In this document: one piece after another, positions 38,553 to 53,060 of the stretch | Layout of the letters: every line of letters begins with the position of its first letter | Numbering within the stretch: the stretch's first letter is position 1 | Program-made: the position numbers and the translations under genes | Notes under the pieces: generated by a model | Database searches by the model: none | Told to the model about the DNA's origin: nothing | Seen by the model: only the letters and a program-made list of their open reading frames with translations | Assembly: GCF_001194135.2 (NCBI RefSeq) | Contig: NC_068988.1 | Span: 47,301,969-47,365,968, forward strand | Direction of reading: 5' to 3' | Origin: Octopus bimaculoides | Taxonomy: Eukaryota | Length of the DNA: 64,000 bases

Positions 38553-41500
38553 AGCACGTGTGTGTATATATATATATATATATACACATATGTAAAAACA
38601 GTTTTCGTTTATATTTTTGCATTAGCTGGGTATCAAAATCTGTCTCACTACTTCTGATTTTCAATCTGGAAAAATCTACAGTCAAGGTCTTTGATAAATC
38701 ATTTCATTCCCTCACAGTTTGCCAGACATTAAACTTGGTCTAGTCTCCACAGCGTATTTTCTATCACTTTAAATAGACGTTAAGTTTACTTAAATTTTCT
38801 TTTTACCGATGGCCATTTATCTGCTTGCTCGTATTTATACTACGACACAAAATATTCCATTAAAAGCATAACATTAAAATACATATGTACATTTTCCTCA
38901 ACATATCTACAACGCAAATTATCTAATTGACTTATCGATGTACATGTTTACACATTTTATGTAAACTTGGCTTTGATTGTTATAAATTATGATTTGAAAT
39001 CTTCTATGTCTGAATTCCGTTCTATTTTAATGTACATTCACAAACTAAGTTCTGAGAAATTATTATTCTATTTTTGCTTTTTCTAATTTAAGAGTCTGCC
39101 TGCAGAAATTTACATTTTTGTTTAAGAAATAAAAGGAAAATTATATACGACCAATCTTGTTATTCCTTCGAACAATCTTTCTTCTTTTTCTTTCTTTCTT
39201 TTCTTTCTTTCTCTTTTTCTTTTGTTTTGTTTTGAATAAGCATTAGCATTAAGGTTACTAGTACAAGTAGGTAGCAGAAATCCCATTATTACAATACTGT
39301 GGCACACTGAGGCAAATTTGTTGAAACGTCATATTTGTCTCCGCTGTCTGTCTCATCCATTTTTACTCCTTTAAAAAAGTTTTTGACTCTTTAAGTCAAA
39401 AACTTTTTAAATGACCAAACTATTGCGATGAAGTAAATTCCAGATACTATCCTTTAATGAATTTAAACGAGCTATATATTTTCACAACCGTGGCTGATGT
39501 GGTAGCGGTAGAATATATAAGTAGGAAGCTGTTGTTTTAGATAAACATTTGTTATTATAACTGACAATGATTTTCGTTTTATTTCCACTTTTCTTTTATT
39601 CATGACTTCCCGACTGGCTGTTTGTATGAACTTAAAATATGTTACCGATACGTAAACGAAGTTATGTTTCAATTCTATACTGTACTAGAGAATACATTCA
39701 TAGATTCTATTGAACGCTGTAATAGACAGATATAAACATTTGTCTTTATTTACGATATCTTCACAGACAGAAAAAGAGGTTTCAGCCGAACATGTACAAA
39801 ATCTATAGACATATTCTTTACTAAAGAATAGCATAAAACAAATTGCTATCAATACACCATAATTCGAAATAGTTACCAAGAATAACTTGCATGCAATTCG
39901 ATCTTTTCATTATTTTAAGTCCTTATTAAAAGAATGTCTCCTGGGGTATTTACCGAAGATACTCACTTTCTGGTGAAAATTCAACAGATGATTTGAAATG
40001 GCCCCTCGGTTTTTCTGTCCTCGAATATATTAAGTATAAAGAAGTGTTTTATACACATTTGTGTTGTATAGATTGTTAAAAAAACTCTATCATTCTCATT
40101 ACACCCCTCCCACAGAGACACAGAGACACAAACACATATACATATATATCAGACAAGAGAAGTGGTGTAAGAAAGCAGATGCTTATTCTATGTTTACAAC
40201 TGTTTCATAATATTGTTACTTATATAATAGATGATTCATCGATATTAGCATACATAAAAAATACATATATTTGTATATATGTATATATATGTATGTATAT
40301 ATATATATATATATATATATNNNNNNNNNNNNNNNNNNNNNNNNNNNNNNNNNNNNNNNNNNNNNNNNNNNNNNNNNNNNNNNNNNNNNNNNNNNNNNNN
40401 NNNNNNNNNNNNNNNNNNNNNNNNNNNNNNNNNNNNNNNNNNNNNNNNNNNNNNNNNNNNNNNNNNNNNNNNNNNNNNNNNNNNNNNNNNNNNNNNNNNN
40501 NNNNNNNNNNNNNNNNNNNNNNNNNNNNNNNNNNNNNNNNNNNNNNNNNNNNNNNNNNNNNNNNNNNNNNNNNNNNNNNNNNNNNNNNNNNNNNNNNNNN
40601 NNNNNNNNNNNNNNNNNNNNNNNNNNNNNNNNNNNNNNNNNNNNNNNNNNNNNNNNNNNNNNNNNNNNNNNNNNNNATATATATATATATATATACATAT
40701 ATATACACGCACACATACATATACATACACACGTACAGTTATTACTTGTACTTGTGTGTGCATATTGTACCGTGGTCATATTGTTGAGCCTCCATTGGTG
40801 TCAGTGTAAACGACATGCATTGGTAAAGCAGAGAGACTTTCCATCTCACATGTGTTTGCCTTTCTTGACGTAATGAGTTTATCTGGTACCTACGATAGAA
40901 ATTTTACTGTCTTTTAAATCACGCCAACTCTTCGTAGAATACTATGGTTCTTTGACTAATTGCTGAAAAAGCGCGAGGTGTTGAACTTTAAACCATTACC
41001 CTATTTTATTTTTACTCCAGATGGAGAGGGTCGTTCATTTGGTAGTATGTGGTAGCATCCATTTCGATGTTTGTAAACTTTTCAATTCCGAAGTTTGGCG
41101 CTAGGCACTAGAACATCATCTTTATGCATATCCCTGCGTATCTTCAAATTTTGGCAGAAGGGAGCAGAGTTGTATTGTTTTTAGTACCATGTTTTTAACT
41201 GAACAGTCTTCGATTGCCTTGATCTCCAATTTTAATGTGATTTGATATTGCGACTTCAATTGTGAGCAATGTTCCAGGCCTCTGAGAACAAATGTTCTTC
41301 ACAGAACCAAAATGGTTTTATTTTTGTTATTCTGAATCATCTACGAACAATGTGCAGATAATTAGCTTCTGAATCTCAAAAGCCAGCCAGCGATTTTGTA
41401 TGATATTGTTGCTAATTTAGTAATATGTACATGGAATGACGCATTATTACTCTTCTTGATCCACAGATAGCACATTGATTATAAGTCCAGGTTTATTATA

Positions 41501-41569
41501 ACCCTTATTTATTGGCATACTGATTGCAGTCTATTTGAGAACTGAAAACAGAATACTTAAGATTTTTCA

Positions 41570-41795
41570 GCATTGAGCAGCACATTGTTTTCATCAGCCT
41601 ACTTGTATATTGTATTCAGAGCTACCAGTGATATTTTTGTATAGCCTACGTGGCCGAATATCCACACTGGCAGTAATGGTTTCAGAAGAGTTCAGTAAGG
41701 TACACCACTTAAAATTGATTTCTCTGTGGATTAAGCAACATAAACGTCAATTGACTGATTCCAACTTTTTAAAAATCCATGCATTCAGTCGCCAA
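41570..41795 (-). pseudogene. CR1/L2-type LINE reverse transcriptase fragment
   Basis: Translation MHGFLKSWNQSIDVYVA*STEKSILSGVPY*TLLKPLL...YK*ADE resembles W...FL..R.Q.V...S...V.SGVPQG..LGPLLF...ADD. Confidence 0.55.
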
Positions 41796-42406
41796 TAAAA
41801 TTTAAAGCTGCAAAAGCTCACAGGTAAAATAGAAAGTTATTACTTACATTTACAGTGCCTACGCACACTCACATATTGGACACATATTCATAAATAAAAC
41901 AAACACACACATACACACATATATATATCTGTATAACTATAGATGCATACATGCATGTATATGTGAGTGTATACTTATACATATATGGCACATTATGTTT
42001 AGATATACTAATATACATACATGTGTGTGTATTTCTATATATGCACACACATATACGTAGATAGATCGATAGGCACATAGATAGTTAGAAAGATGGCTAC
42101 ATACTGACATGCAGAAACATATTTGTGTGTGTATGTGTGTGTTTGTGTGTATTGACAGTTCAAAAGCAATTTTAATGGTGTTCCACATTAAGATATAATG
42201 GATGTTATTGTATGATGTGCTGCAGTCGGATGTGAAGAAATGGAGAATTTACAAGGAATGTGTGTGGACGTGGATTCCTGAAAAGCATTTTCTTCTCCAC
42301 CCCTTTTAACAATCCCTTACGGAAACCACCCTTCTCCTGTTCTTCTTTCTCCAAATCTTGCTACTGCCTTCCCACCTCTCATAACCAAACATTACTTTAC
42401 ATATAC

Positions 42407-42449
<43 letters not shown>

Positions 42450-42914
42450 CATTAACAGCATCTTCCAGTTCCTTCCTTTTCTTTGCCATCCACAAACAAT
42501 ATGTTCCCCATTGCCTCAGACACTCACCAATACGCTGTGTCTTTGTGAGATTGCCTCTACGCGATATGGTCAACTAGATAACTCAATAGAGGCTACTTAG
42601 TGGACAATTCATGTCCGAACAGCAGATGCATTACCGGTCACTCTTTTCAACGGAATGGCTCTCAATCTATTTTATGTTTTTGTCTGTAGAACCCTACGAA
42701 GAAACCTCTTTTCATCCTCTCCCTTCCACATACTCTCACTGTTTCTTCTGTACTCTCTATCTATGTTATCATTTCTGCCTCCGTGAATCTGTCTATTCCA
42801 TTGGCTTATTTACTTTCCTCTCCTTCTTTACTCTCATTGTATCTCTATGTTTGTCTTTTTCTCATTTATTGCCCACTTCTCATACACATATATCCGAATA
42901 TCCATCCATCTCTC

Positions 42915-42959
<45 letters not shown>

Positions 42960-43059
42960 CTCTGTCTCTCTCTCTCTGTATCAATTTATTTCTTATCAAT
43001 TTATCAATTTGTCCATATCCATATCAATCTATCTCTCTTTGTCTCTCTACTTCTATTTA

Positions 43060-43099
<40 letters not shown>

Positions 43100-43220
43100 C
43101 CTCTCTCTCACTCTCTCCCCAGATAAACGTGTTTGTGTATGCGTATATATGTATATGTATGTCAATAAGAGTATGTGGTTTATATATGGATATATGTATA
43201 TATATATGTATATATATACG

Positions 43221-43267
<47 letters not shown>

Positions 43268-43282
43268 ACACAAACGCGCGCT

Positions 43283-43313
<31 letters not shown>

Positions 43314-44289
43314 TAGCCAACTCTATATAATGGATAGGGTTATTATTTATGGTGTGTGTTAGGAGGAGGAAGAAATGTGAGTGGTTTAATTGGTGACGCA
43401 AGAATAATAAAAGACTGGACATGAGATGGAATCTCCACTACAACCTCTACCACCTCTACCACCACTTCCATTTGTACTACCACTGCTGTTGTGTCACTTT
43501 TCATATTTCAGAGGAGGCTGAGCATTCCGATTGTGTGTATGTATATTAATGCATGCTTCTATGCGGTGTAGGTAAGTGAAAGTTGTGGCGAAACCCCGCC
43601 ACTTCCATTGTCATATATTAAGAGTTTTGATGATGTCGACTATTATTCTCCAATGCTACCGTGGTATTATATACTGGATTGAAGGATCAGAATAACAAGA
43701 TGTTTCCATTATCATAGTTCTATTCTTTGATCTGTGAACCAAAATCTCATAAGGTTATTTTCTAATCAAACAGCATCGATGTGCCAAAATGTAAATAACA
43801 GACTGCGTATTTCTTTGTCCTACTTCGTGTTTATGTGCGTAAGCGTATGTAAGCACGTTCATACGTGTGTGCGTGCGCGCACACGTGAAAGTAAATAGAG
43901 TTTAAAGCCCTTATCTAAAGATTTCATGCAGATAACAGTCATGCTGATATGATTTTAAACACATCAGATCCTGCACATTTTCATCATATCTCATGAACTG
44001 TAGAAAAAACAAGAACAGCATATAAGCATATCTTTTATAAGTACATGCTCACACACATATGTATATGAAAATTGGCATAGTTTTGATTGCTGGCTCTATC
44101 AAGTTTTGATTGCTGGCTCTATGAATGTCACATATATACATATATACCTATTCATATATATAATTATATACATACAAACTCACGTGCACATATTATTTCT
44201 GTATGCATGCATGTATGCTTGCGCACGCATGTACAATTGTGCTTCAGTTTGCACGGGACTTGTTTCACACGACTTCATTTTAGCACACC

Positions 44290-44455
44290 GAGCTGGCAGA
44301 ATTGTTAGCGCTTCGGATGAAATGCTTTACGGTCTATGTTCCGGTTCCTCATGTGCCGTGTCGACGTTCCGTCAAAGTCAACTTTGGCATCGATATAAAT
44401 GACTAATACCTTCCCCATAAATTGCTGACCTTGTGTCAAAATGTGAATATATTTT
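44290..44455 (+). mobile_element. Family A SINE, internally deleted
   Basis: gagctggcagaattgttagc...caaagtcaactttg... Confidence 0.65.
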
Positions 44456-44689
44456 TAGTATTAGGACATTAATTTTTTAAAAGTGGTGAATTGGTAGGAG
44501 TGTTTGAATGCCGGACATAAATTTTAGTCCCTATTTACTTTCTGCGTTTAAATTTCGACTGAAGTCGTCTTTGCGTTTCAGGCTCAATGAAATAAGAACC
44601 AATTACATAGGGGAGTCCATGCAATCGAAAATCTCCCTCTCGTAAAATTTCAGGCCAGGTGCTTGCAATAGAATTAATGTTGTTATTAA

Positions 44690-45026
<337 letters not shown>

Positions 45027-45084
45027 AGGAGTTCCATTTAATCATTTTCCTTTCGGTTTTTAATTTTCTATTCAGTTTACTTTC

Positions 45085-45300
45085 ATTTCACTCTCCGATT
45101 GTAAGTCAAACGTAGACCCAATTCTAAATTATTCACTCCAAGTCTAGTTATGCAAGAGAAATTGTAAGCGTACGTGCGGCTTGTAAAACCACAAGAATTG
45201 TTAAGTAACCACAAACTATTAAATGCTTCTCGAGTGTCGAGAAAATACACGGAGAATGTTTTGCTATTTTTATTTAAGCATCGATAAAATAATAACAAAT
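45085..45300 (+). pseudogene. Possible CR1-type LINE C-terminal fragment
   Basis: CKSNVDPILNYSLQV* resembles YKS.VRPILEY..QVW; very degraded. Confidence 0.4.
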
Positions 45301-45924
45301 TCACCGTAACGACAACAAGGTAACATTTTGTGGCAGGGAACAGTCGATCCTACCGTCTCTAGGCTTGACTGGTACATCATTTTCTCGACCTTAAACTGTT
45401 GAAAGGCGAAAGTGACCACAGCTAGATTTGAACACTAAATGAAATTAAGAGCAAGAAATAAATATCATTTTCTGTTCCAAGGTATTCAATTACTTTCGTT
45501 ATAATCTTCATGCGGAGTACACCAACACTGTCGTATATGGAAAGATACGTCGAAAGAAAGAGTTTGTAATCCGTTCTCCATAATAATGTTTGCTTATGTT
45601 AGAATTCTTTTAGTATTTTGTTAAATATTTGTGTGAATGAAAAATAATTTCACATGCCAAGAAATTCGATTCCTCTGGAAATGTAAAATTATTATATTAA
45701 ATCAAATTCAAAACGGAGAAATGATTGAACAGAAACTGCTGAACTGTTTACTATTGTTGAAAAAACAGCGAGAACAATTACAAGGAAGGCGTGGGAAAAT
45801 TCGAAGCTAGTATAAACAATGGATCTTCAATAAAATTAAAGCACACATAATGCATACGTAGTTATATTACTGAAAGAATGCAGAAAGGTCTGAATAGAAG
45901 ATAAAACCCATTTATATATATCAA

Positions 45925-45977
<53 letters not shown>

Positions 45978-46025
45978 GTTTTCCTCTCTGTCAGTCTATC
46001 TATCGTTTATCTATCTATCTATCTG
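45925..46025. repeat. (TATC)n tetranucleotide microsatellite
   Basis: Read directly. Confidence 0.9.
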
Positions 46026-46158
46026 TCTTTCCTTCTTTCTCTCTCCCTTTTCTCTGTACACTCACACACGCGAAAACACATACATATATATATATATATG
46101 TGTGTGTGTAATTATAAATATATGTCAATATGTATGTACTCACATACAAATATATATA

Positions 46159-47010
46159 AAAGGTGTCTCAGAAGTTACTATACCCTTTCTTTTTTCTATT
46201 TCGTTTCAGGTATGATTCGGAGAGATGTGAGGCCATCAGAATTTGACACCTTAGAGTTTGCAGTTTTTCCTTGCCTATGGCTCGTCAATTGACGTTAGAG
46301 CAGCGTTGCAAAATTGCTGCCTGGCAAGAAGTTTTTCAGTCACCTACTGCAGTTCATGGCATGTTTGAGAAGTTTTATGGTCGTCACAATGCTCCAACGA
46401 GTAGCACAAATTATGCTATCCATAGCATGTTTCTCGAAACAGAATCTGTTCTTGACAAACCTCGCAGAGGAAAGCTTGCTACCAGGACCATCGATGAACA
46501 GTGAACCCCTAAAGCAAGCGCTCACGAAAAGCCAGTGCATGTCCATCCGATGGACGCACTGGAACTTAGCATTAACAAAAGCTCGATTCAGCGGATGCTT
46601 CGGAGAGTAATAAAGCTCTACTCGTACTGCGACTTCAGGTTGTTCAAACGTTTTAAGCGGAAGATTTTGATGCTCGTGTGTAAATGTGTGAATCACTCCT
46701 TCATCATTACCAAAACGACTCTCAGTTCTTGGAAAACTTATGGTTCAGTGATGTGTCTATCTTTCATCTCTCTGGTAGGGTAAACCGACACAATTATCGA
46801 ATTTGGGGAAAATCAAAACGAGCAGAAATTCTCAAACATGAACAAGACTCTCCGAATTTGGGGCTATGGTGTGCCACGGGTAAGGGAATAATACACTTAC
46901 AAAAACTGCAAACACTAAGGTGTCAAATTCTGATGGCCTCACGTCTAGGTGAATGATACCTAAAACGAAATAAATAAAAGAAAGTGTATAGTGACTTTTG
47001 GGATGTCTTG
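46159..47010 (+). mobile_element. Internally deleted Tc1/mariner element with ~110-bp TIRs (rosa/DD41D-like)
   Basis: TIRs 46159-46268 and 46901-47010, flanked by TA. Transposase remnant MARQLTLEQRCKIAAW...FLETESVLDKPRRGK...LWFSDVSIFHLSGRVNRHNYRIWG...DSPNLGLWCA. Confidence 0.88.
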
Positions 47011-47142
47011 TATATATTTATTTATATAGAGCTTCATATGTATATTAACGCATAAGTATATGTGTATAAATAGACAGGCAGACAAACAGACAGATAGATC
47101 GGCAGGTAGATAAAGATAAGTATATCAACATATGTGTCTGTG

Positions 47143-47309
47143 CTACCCCACGATTTCTCCATTTATTATGCCGATTCCATTAAAATAACTGTTGTATTTT
47201 CTTCTTATTAATAATGTTAAAACCGTGTGTTCTTCGTAGTACACCATTTCGATATGTACGATGATAAACTGAACAGATCGACCGTGAAAATCATGGGACA
47301 TCTGTATAT
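47143..47309 (-). mobile_element. 5' terminal fragment of a related Tc1/mariner element
   Basis: tacagatgtccc terminus followed by MVYYEEHTVL..., similar in style to the start of the 46159 element. Confidence 0.45.
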
Positions 47310-47689
47310 ACATACATATTTTTATACATACATACATACATACATAAAAGTTCTTGTTTATACGAGTAATTACTGAGACACTGAGAGATGTAATACGTTG
47401 CCTAAATACTAATCCTAAGAAATTAGGCTTCCCAAATCAGAAAGGAGAAAGTTGATTCGGAGACTACAAATCTAATCCATTATTGGGAGTGTAAACATCT
47501 GTAAAACTTTTCAGAAGTTTACTATTTAAGTGTATATCAGCATGTCTCGATATGCAACTATTCGCAAGAGTATACATACATACATACAAAAATATCCTGT
47601 TGATGTTGTTGAAATTCCAATGAAGGAACCTTGAATCTAGGTTAGGAACTGACTCATTCTCTATTGGCAAGAAATTTTGAAATAAAACT

Positions 47690-47800
47690 GATGAATGACA
47701 TACATACATACATACATGCATGCATACGTACATACATACATGCATGCATACATACATACATACATACATACATACATACATACATACATACATACATAGA
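47690..47800. repeat. (TACA)n microsatellite
   Basis: Read directly. Confidence 0.9.
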
Positions 47801-48722
47801 CTCAGGCAAGGCTTGTGCTAAAGGAATATGGTGAAATCATATGCGAAATTGACAGGCATGTTTGCAGTATTGTATTATTACTCTGGGTATTTGAGTAAAG
47901 CTTGTCAATTGCTCATAGCTATAATTACAATTATAAAAACATGCTTAAATATAAATTAATATAGACGTATGGATGTATAAATGAATAGGGAGATAGACAG
48001 ATTATGAGTGAAAGGATAATTAGGTAATAATTGACCTTACACTCATATACTGACAGTTATATTTTCATTCTAACACTATATAGCTTAATTCCTCATGATC
48101 CTGCTATCAATAAAGCTCTATGTATGTTTCAATATGTAATCCTATCTCACTGTCTTTATCTTTTTCTTTCATTCACATTATCTTTGCATAATTCATTCCA
48201 TATGCAAGTAAACGCCATCATGATTGATAGGTACTACACTTGCCTTTATATATTTATTCAAACTCTTTGTCGCTATAAATTGTTTAATGTTATAGCAGTT
48301 ACTAAAAGCAGAAGAAAGGAGATATAAGTCTAGTGATAGAGGAGAACACTCCTCTTCATATAAATATAACTTCAATGTTATGTATTGAGCATTTTTATGC
48401 TTTTGTTAGCAAGTTCAGAAACACACTTCCCCTACCCTACACATATTACAGCAAGTCAGCGGAAACACCGAAGCCACAATCAATATTTGTTTCTTGAAAA
48501 ACTTAATAAAAATGTACTCTACTAAAAATATGGAGTGATTTTTTAATCTAATCTTAAATTGTTTTTATATAAAAATTCGTACGCAAGCAAACATTGATAT
48601 ATATATANNNNNNNNNNNNNNNNNNNNNNNNNNNNNNNNNNNNNNNNNNNNNNNNNNNNNNNNNNNNNNNNNNNNNNNNNNNNNNNNNNNNNNNNNNNNN
48701 NNNNNNNNNNNNNNNNNNNNNN

Positions 48723-48793
<71 letters not shown>

Positions 48794-49010
48794 ATGTATA
48801 TATACGCACATGGTAAAAGAATGAGAGAGTGAGATATGAAATATTGAACCTAATATGACACTGCTACATTATTAATTCTGAACTGTGAAGTATTGAACCC
48901 TGAAGACAAAAAACAGAATGAATGATTCTAAGTCATTCTGTCCAAGTTGTATATAAGCTAGTCGCCTTACTCATATATTATGCAGATGCAGATATGTAAA
49001 ATTATATATA

Positions 49011-49899
49011 CAAGATGTAGGAGTTCTCAAATTGTTTTCAGGAGAGACAGTTACTAATTTAAAAGAACTAAAAACTCTATTCTCCTTCAAAGTAGCTACA
49101 TCTAACTTCAATGCACTTATGACGTTCCGACTACTTCGTGAAGGCCCCATGGAAATCATTCAAAACGAAGGTTCCACAAACCTTGTCATAACCGTCTTCA
49201 TCTCCGAAACGACTGCCATTGAAGTTCACCTGCAGCTTGAGGAACAACCAAATGTCACGGGAAGCATGGTCTAAAGAGTAGGGAGGGTAAGTGATAGTTC
49301 TGATGCCCACCTCTGCCAGATAGTTTGTTAACAGGGCACTCGTCACTGAGCACCCTAGGAGCGAACTTTTCGCAAATTTTACGCATGTTCATATCTTAAT
49401 GAATGATTCTGTGTACAATTGTCACATCAACTATAAACTGTATCGTTATTCTCGTTATAGACACATATCGGTCTTCATCTAGAAAACAACGAATTTATTT
49501 ACTAAATCTGGTGTTCTGACGTCCGTCTCCTTCCCATATTCGTCAACGTCTCTCAACTAAAGTCTACCGTCCTTGAGCCACAAAAAAGTTAATCCATAAG
49601 TTATCTGGAGCTTTTCAGATGTTTTTGTATCACTGTTGTCGAGTTTAGCACAAAACTTCATTGCTTAGGGAGCTCCTAAATGTCCCGACTGCATTCTGTG
49701 AACTAGTTAACTGTGACAAGTCGTCTTTAAAAATATGCATTCAGAGGGCTGTTACAGCCGTCTCCTGCAACCTGGAATACCAAAAGTTGGCAGGTGAGAT
49801 TATTCGATGTATATTAATGACGTACTAAAAACACAATTATATGAAACAGTTATAACTGCCTCTCCTAATAAAGTCTGAAAACTTATGGAATGCACCTGA
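49011..49899 (-). mobile_element. Internally deleted mariner (DD34D-type) element
   Basis: C-terminal YPPYSLDHASRDIWLFLKL...KCIEV..YFEGE* and N-terminal SLRDVDE...VRTPDLV...DEDR. The ends are degenerate inverted repeats. Confidence 0.75.
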
Positions 49900-50639
49900 T
49901 ACATCATATATGTGTGTTTCAAAGTTTCTATCGTAAAAACAAAACAAAAACAAAAAAAAAGAAACAACCAGAGATATTACATTGCAGCAACATATTCGAA
50001 GCTAACAACTATGCATCTCCATAAAATTTTAGACAACATTCACGTACACTCATAAATTTTTAAATCCATGTAAGTTGAAGAATATGCACAAAACCATCAT
50101 TTGAAATGGCTTGTATTGAAGGTTATATAAAAACTGAAGAATGCTTGCGATGCAACCGTTCTTCAATTGCAAAGAATAAAAGGTTCTACATTAGTTACAA
50201 AAGCAAGAGAGGTATGATTTGGATCGCTCTCAATAACAATTTGATTTCAACCTCTCGGTAAATCACAAACTAATTTTATTACTACCTGTTCTTCGCTATC
50301 TCTTTTCTTTTACTCTGCTAAAAGACTATGGGGCAATAATCGTTTCATTTTATACCTTCCCTATCTCAGCTAATTCTGTGAAGGCGATAATTTAATTAAA
50401 TTGCAAATGTTTAATGCTCGCTCCTGGATTCATACCAAATCAAAATAGCAGCAATTTACAAATTCACGATTAAACGAAAAATTAACTGAAAAAAAAAATT
50501 AAGCCATTAAATGCATGAAGACAATATACTTTCTTTTTTGTTGTTCAGTAACGGAAACTTAAAAGTATAAAATTTATGGATTCTTGGCCAGACAATTCTC
50601 TGTCTCTCAACCATTGAGAAGAATAGCGCATATATATAT

Positions 50640-50682
<43 letters not shown>

Positions 50683-50899
50683 NNNNNNNNNNNNNNNNNN
50701 NNNNNNNNNNNNNNNNNNNNNNNNNNNNNNNNNNNNNNNNNNNNNNNNNNNNNNNNNNNNNNNNNNNNNNNNNNNNNNNNNNNNNNNNNNNNNATATATA
50801 TATATATATATATATATACATACATACATATATATATATGTGTTTAAAAATGTATATAGCCTTGGTTACTAAGGTATTTTGCTTGTATTTACATTCTTT

Positions 50900-51110
50900 C
50901 CGGAGAGCTGGTAGAATCATTAGCACGCCGGGCGAAATGCCTAGCGGTATTTCGTCTGCGACTACGTTCTGAGTTGAAATTCCGCCGAGGTCAACTTTAC
51001 CTTTCATCCGTTAAGGGTCAATGAATTAAGTACCAGTGAAGGACTGGGGTCGATGTAATCGACTAGACCCCTCCCCATATTTCAGGCCTGTGCCTATAGT
51101 AGAAAAGATT
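50900..51110 (+). mobile_element. Family A SINE
   Basis: gagctggtagaatcattagcacgccgggcgaaatgcctagcgg...gagttgaaattccgccgaggtc. Confidence 0.85.
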
Positions 51111-51119
51111 ATCAATGCC

Positions 51120-51700
51120 CAAACTAGTTATCGTTGTTGTTTTACTTTTTTGGTAAAGATCATTTCAGTACTTTCTTATTGGGGATGATGGATTTTGGTT
51201 TCATTGTTACAAGTAATTTTCGTTGACGATATTGTTGGTTCTTTATTTGTTGCTATTGTTGTCGCTATTACTGAACCTGTTGCAGTGATTGAGGCTTCTA
51301 TTGTCACTAGTATTGTTGGTGCTGTAGATCTTAAACCTAGCCTTCGCCGCTATTATTAGTGATTTTTATTGGTGTAACATGTTTTGTTATTGACCATGAT
51401 ATGTTACTATTGTTGCTAATTTTACAAAGTTATTACCGTAGAGCCCCAACTGCTACTGCTATCGTTTTTGTTGTACTGATTGTTGTTCTCCATATTAGGA
51501 TTATTGTTGTTGTTAATACTGTCATTTTTGTTGTTCTGAATGTTTTGTTCTTCTTTAACTAAGATTACTATTACTTTCGTTGCTGTTGCTGTTGATGTTC
51601 TTGTAGCACAGCTGGTTTTCTTGTACTTGTTGGCACTTTCAGTTTTGTTATTGTCTCTTTATTGTTTTTTGTTTTTAATTTCAAGATGCTGCTTCTTCCT
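51120..51700. repeat. Degenerate (GTT/ATT/GCT)n cryptic simple repeat
   Basis: Triplet-periodic low complexity with no coherent ORF. Confidence 0.7.
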
Positions 51701-52172
51701 CTGCTCCACCCTGCATTCAAAAAGAAACGGAAAAGGAGGAGATAAATTCAAACATAAGAGGCAGGGCACAACATATTTATTGCCTGACATTCCAGTGCTT
51801 ACTTTTAAAAGCAAGAATGCAAAAAATAAAAATAAAACAAAAACACTCAAACAAAGTAACCAAAAGGGAAAATGTGAAGCCCAACCCCCTTGCAAAAATC
51901 AAAAGGTGGAAAAAACAAACTTCAAAAAATGAACGAATAAATAGAGAAAATAAATAAATGAATAACATCCTAGCTGTCATGAAGTGATGGGAGTGGACTA
52001 GAATAAAACAGAATATTTGCCACCACCTATAACAACACAAAAACCTCAACTATCATTTTGTCCCTACTCAGAAGCGTGGAACGTATGTATATATACTGAC
52101 AGACTTACAACTATACATATGTGCATATTTGTGTAGTTGTGTATATGAACATTTGATACACACACACACACA

Positions 52173-52223
<51 letters not shown>

Positions 52224-52519
52224 NNNNNNNNNNNNNNNNNNNNNNNNNNNNNNNNNNNNNNNNNNNNNNNNNNNNNNNNNNNNNNNNNNNNNNNNNNNNN
52301 NNNNNNNNNNNNNNNNNNNNNNNNNNNNNNNNNNNNNNNNNNNNNNNNNNNNNNNNNNNNNNNNNNNNNNNNNNNNNNNNNNNNNNNNNNNNNNNNNNNN
52401 NNNNNNNNNNNNNNNNNNNNNNNNNNNNNNNNNNNNNNNNNNNNNNNNNNNNNNNNNNNNNNNNNNNNNNNNNNNNNNNNNNNNNNNNNNNNNNNNNNNN
52501 NNNNNNNNNNNNNNNNNNN

Positions 52520-52562
<43 letters not shown>

Positions 52563-52934
52563 GAGTATGTGTGTTTATGCTGATACTGCATGATGTTGAA
52601 AATTACAGCCATAAATAATGTTACAAAACATATTAGATTCCTCCTCACAGCAAGTTAACCTCCGAACTAGGAGAGTGTTCACCAATTTCTTTGGCTCTTC
52701 TTATTTCTTGATTTGCTTTTGTCTGTTTTGAAATGTTCGTTTTATTTTTACTTAATATTACAGTCATCATCATTAATATTATTGCTGCTATTTTGTTGCT
52801 GTAGTTGTTGTTGTTTTCAAGATTGCTTATATAAACCATAAAATATGAGCTAAGATTAGAAAAAGAATAAATATTACAAGTCAGAGAAAAAAATCAGTAT
52901 CCATACTTCTATCCATCTTCCCATGTATTCACCT

Positions 52935-52957
52935 ATGTATGTATGTATGTATGTATG

Positions 52958-53013
<56 letters not shown>

Positions 53014-53060
53014 CATCCATCTATTTGTTCATCCATCTATTCTTTTATCCATCCGTCCAT
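52935..53060. repeat. (TATG)n-(TATC)n-(ATCC)n microsatellite
   Basis: Read directly. Confidence 0.9.

Noticed and set aside
41200-41330. Possible APE endonuclease motif (CDFN) on the plus strand
   Set aside because: Too degraded, and it needs several frameshifts.
50130-50170. CTGAAGA followed by a TTGC/GCAA hairpin
   Set aside because: The GAAAC segment is missing; at most a very decayed Penelope-type end.
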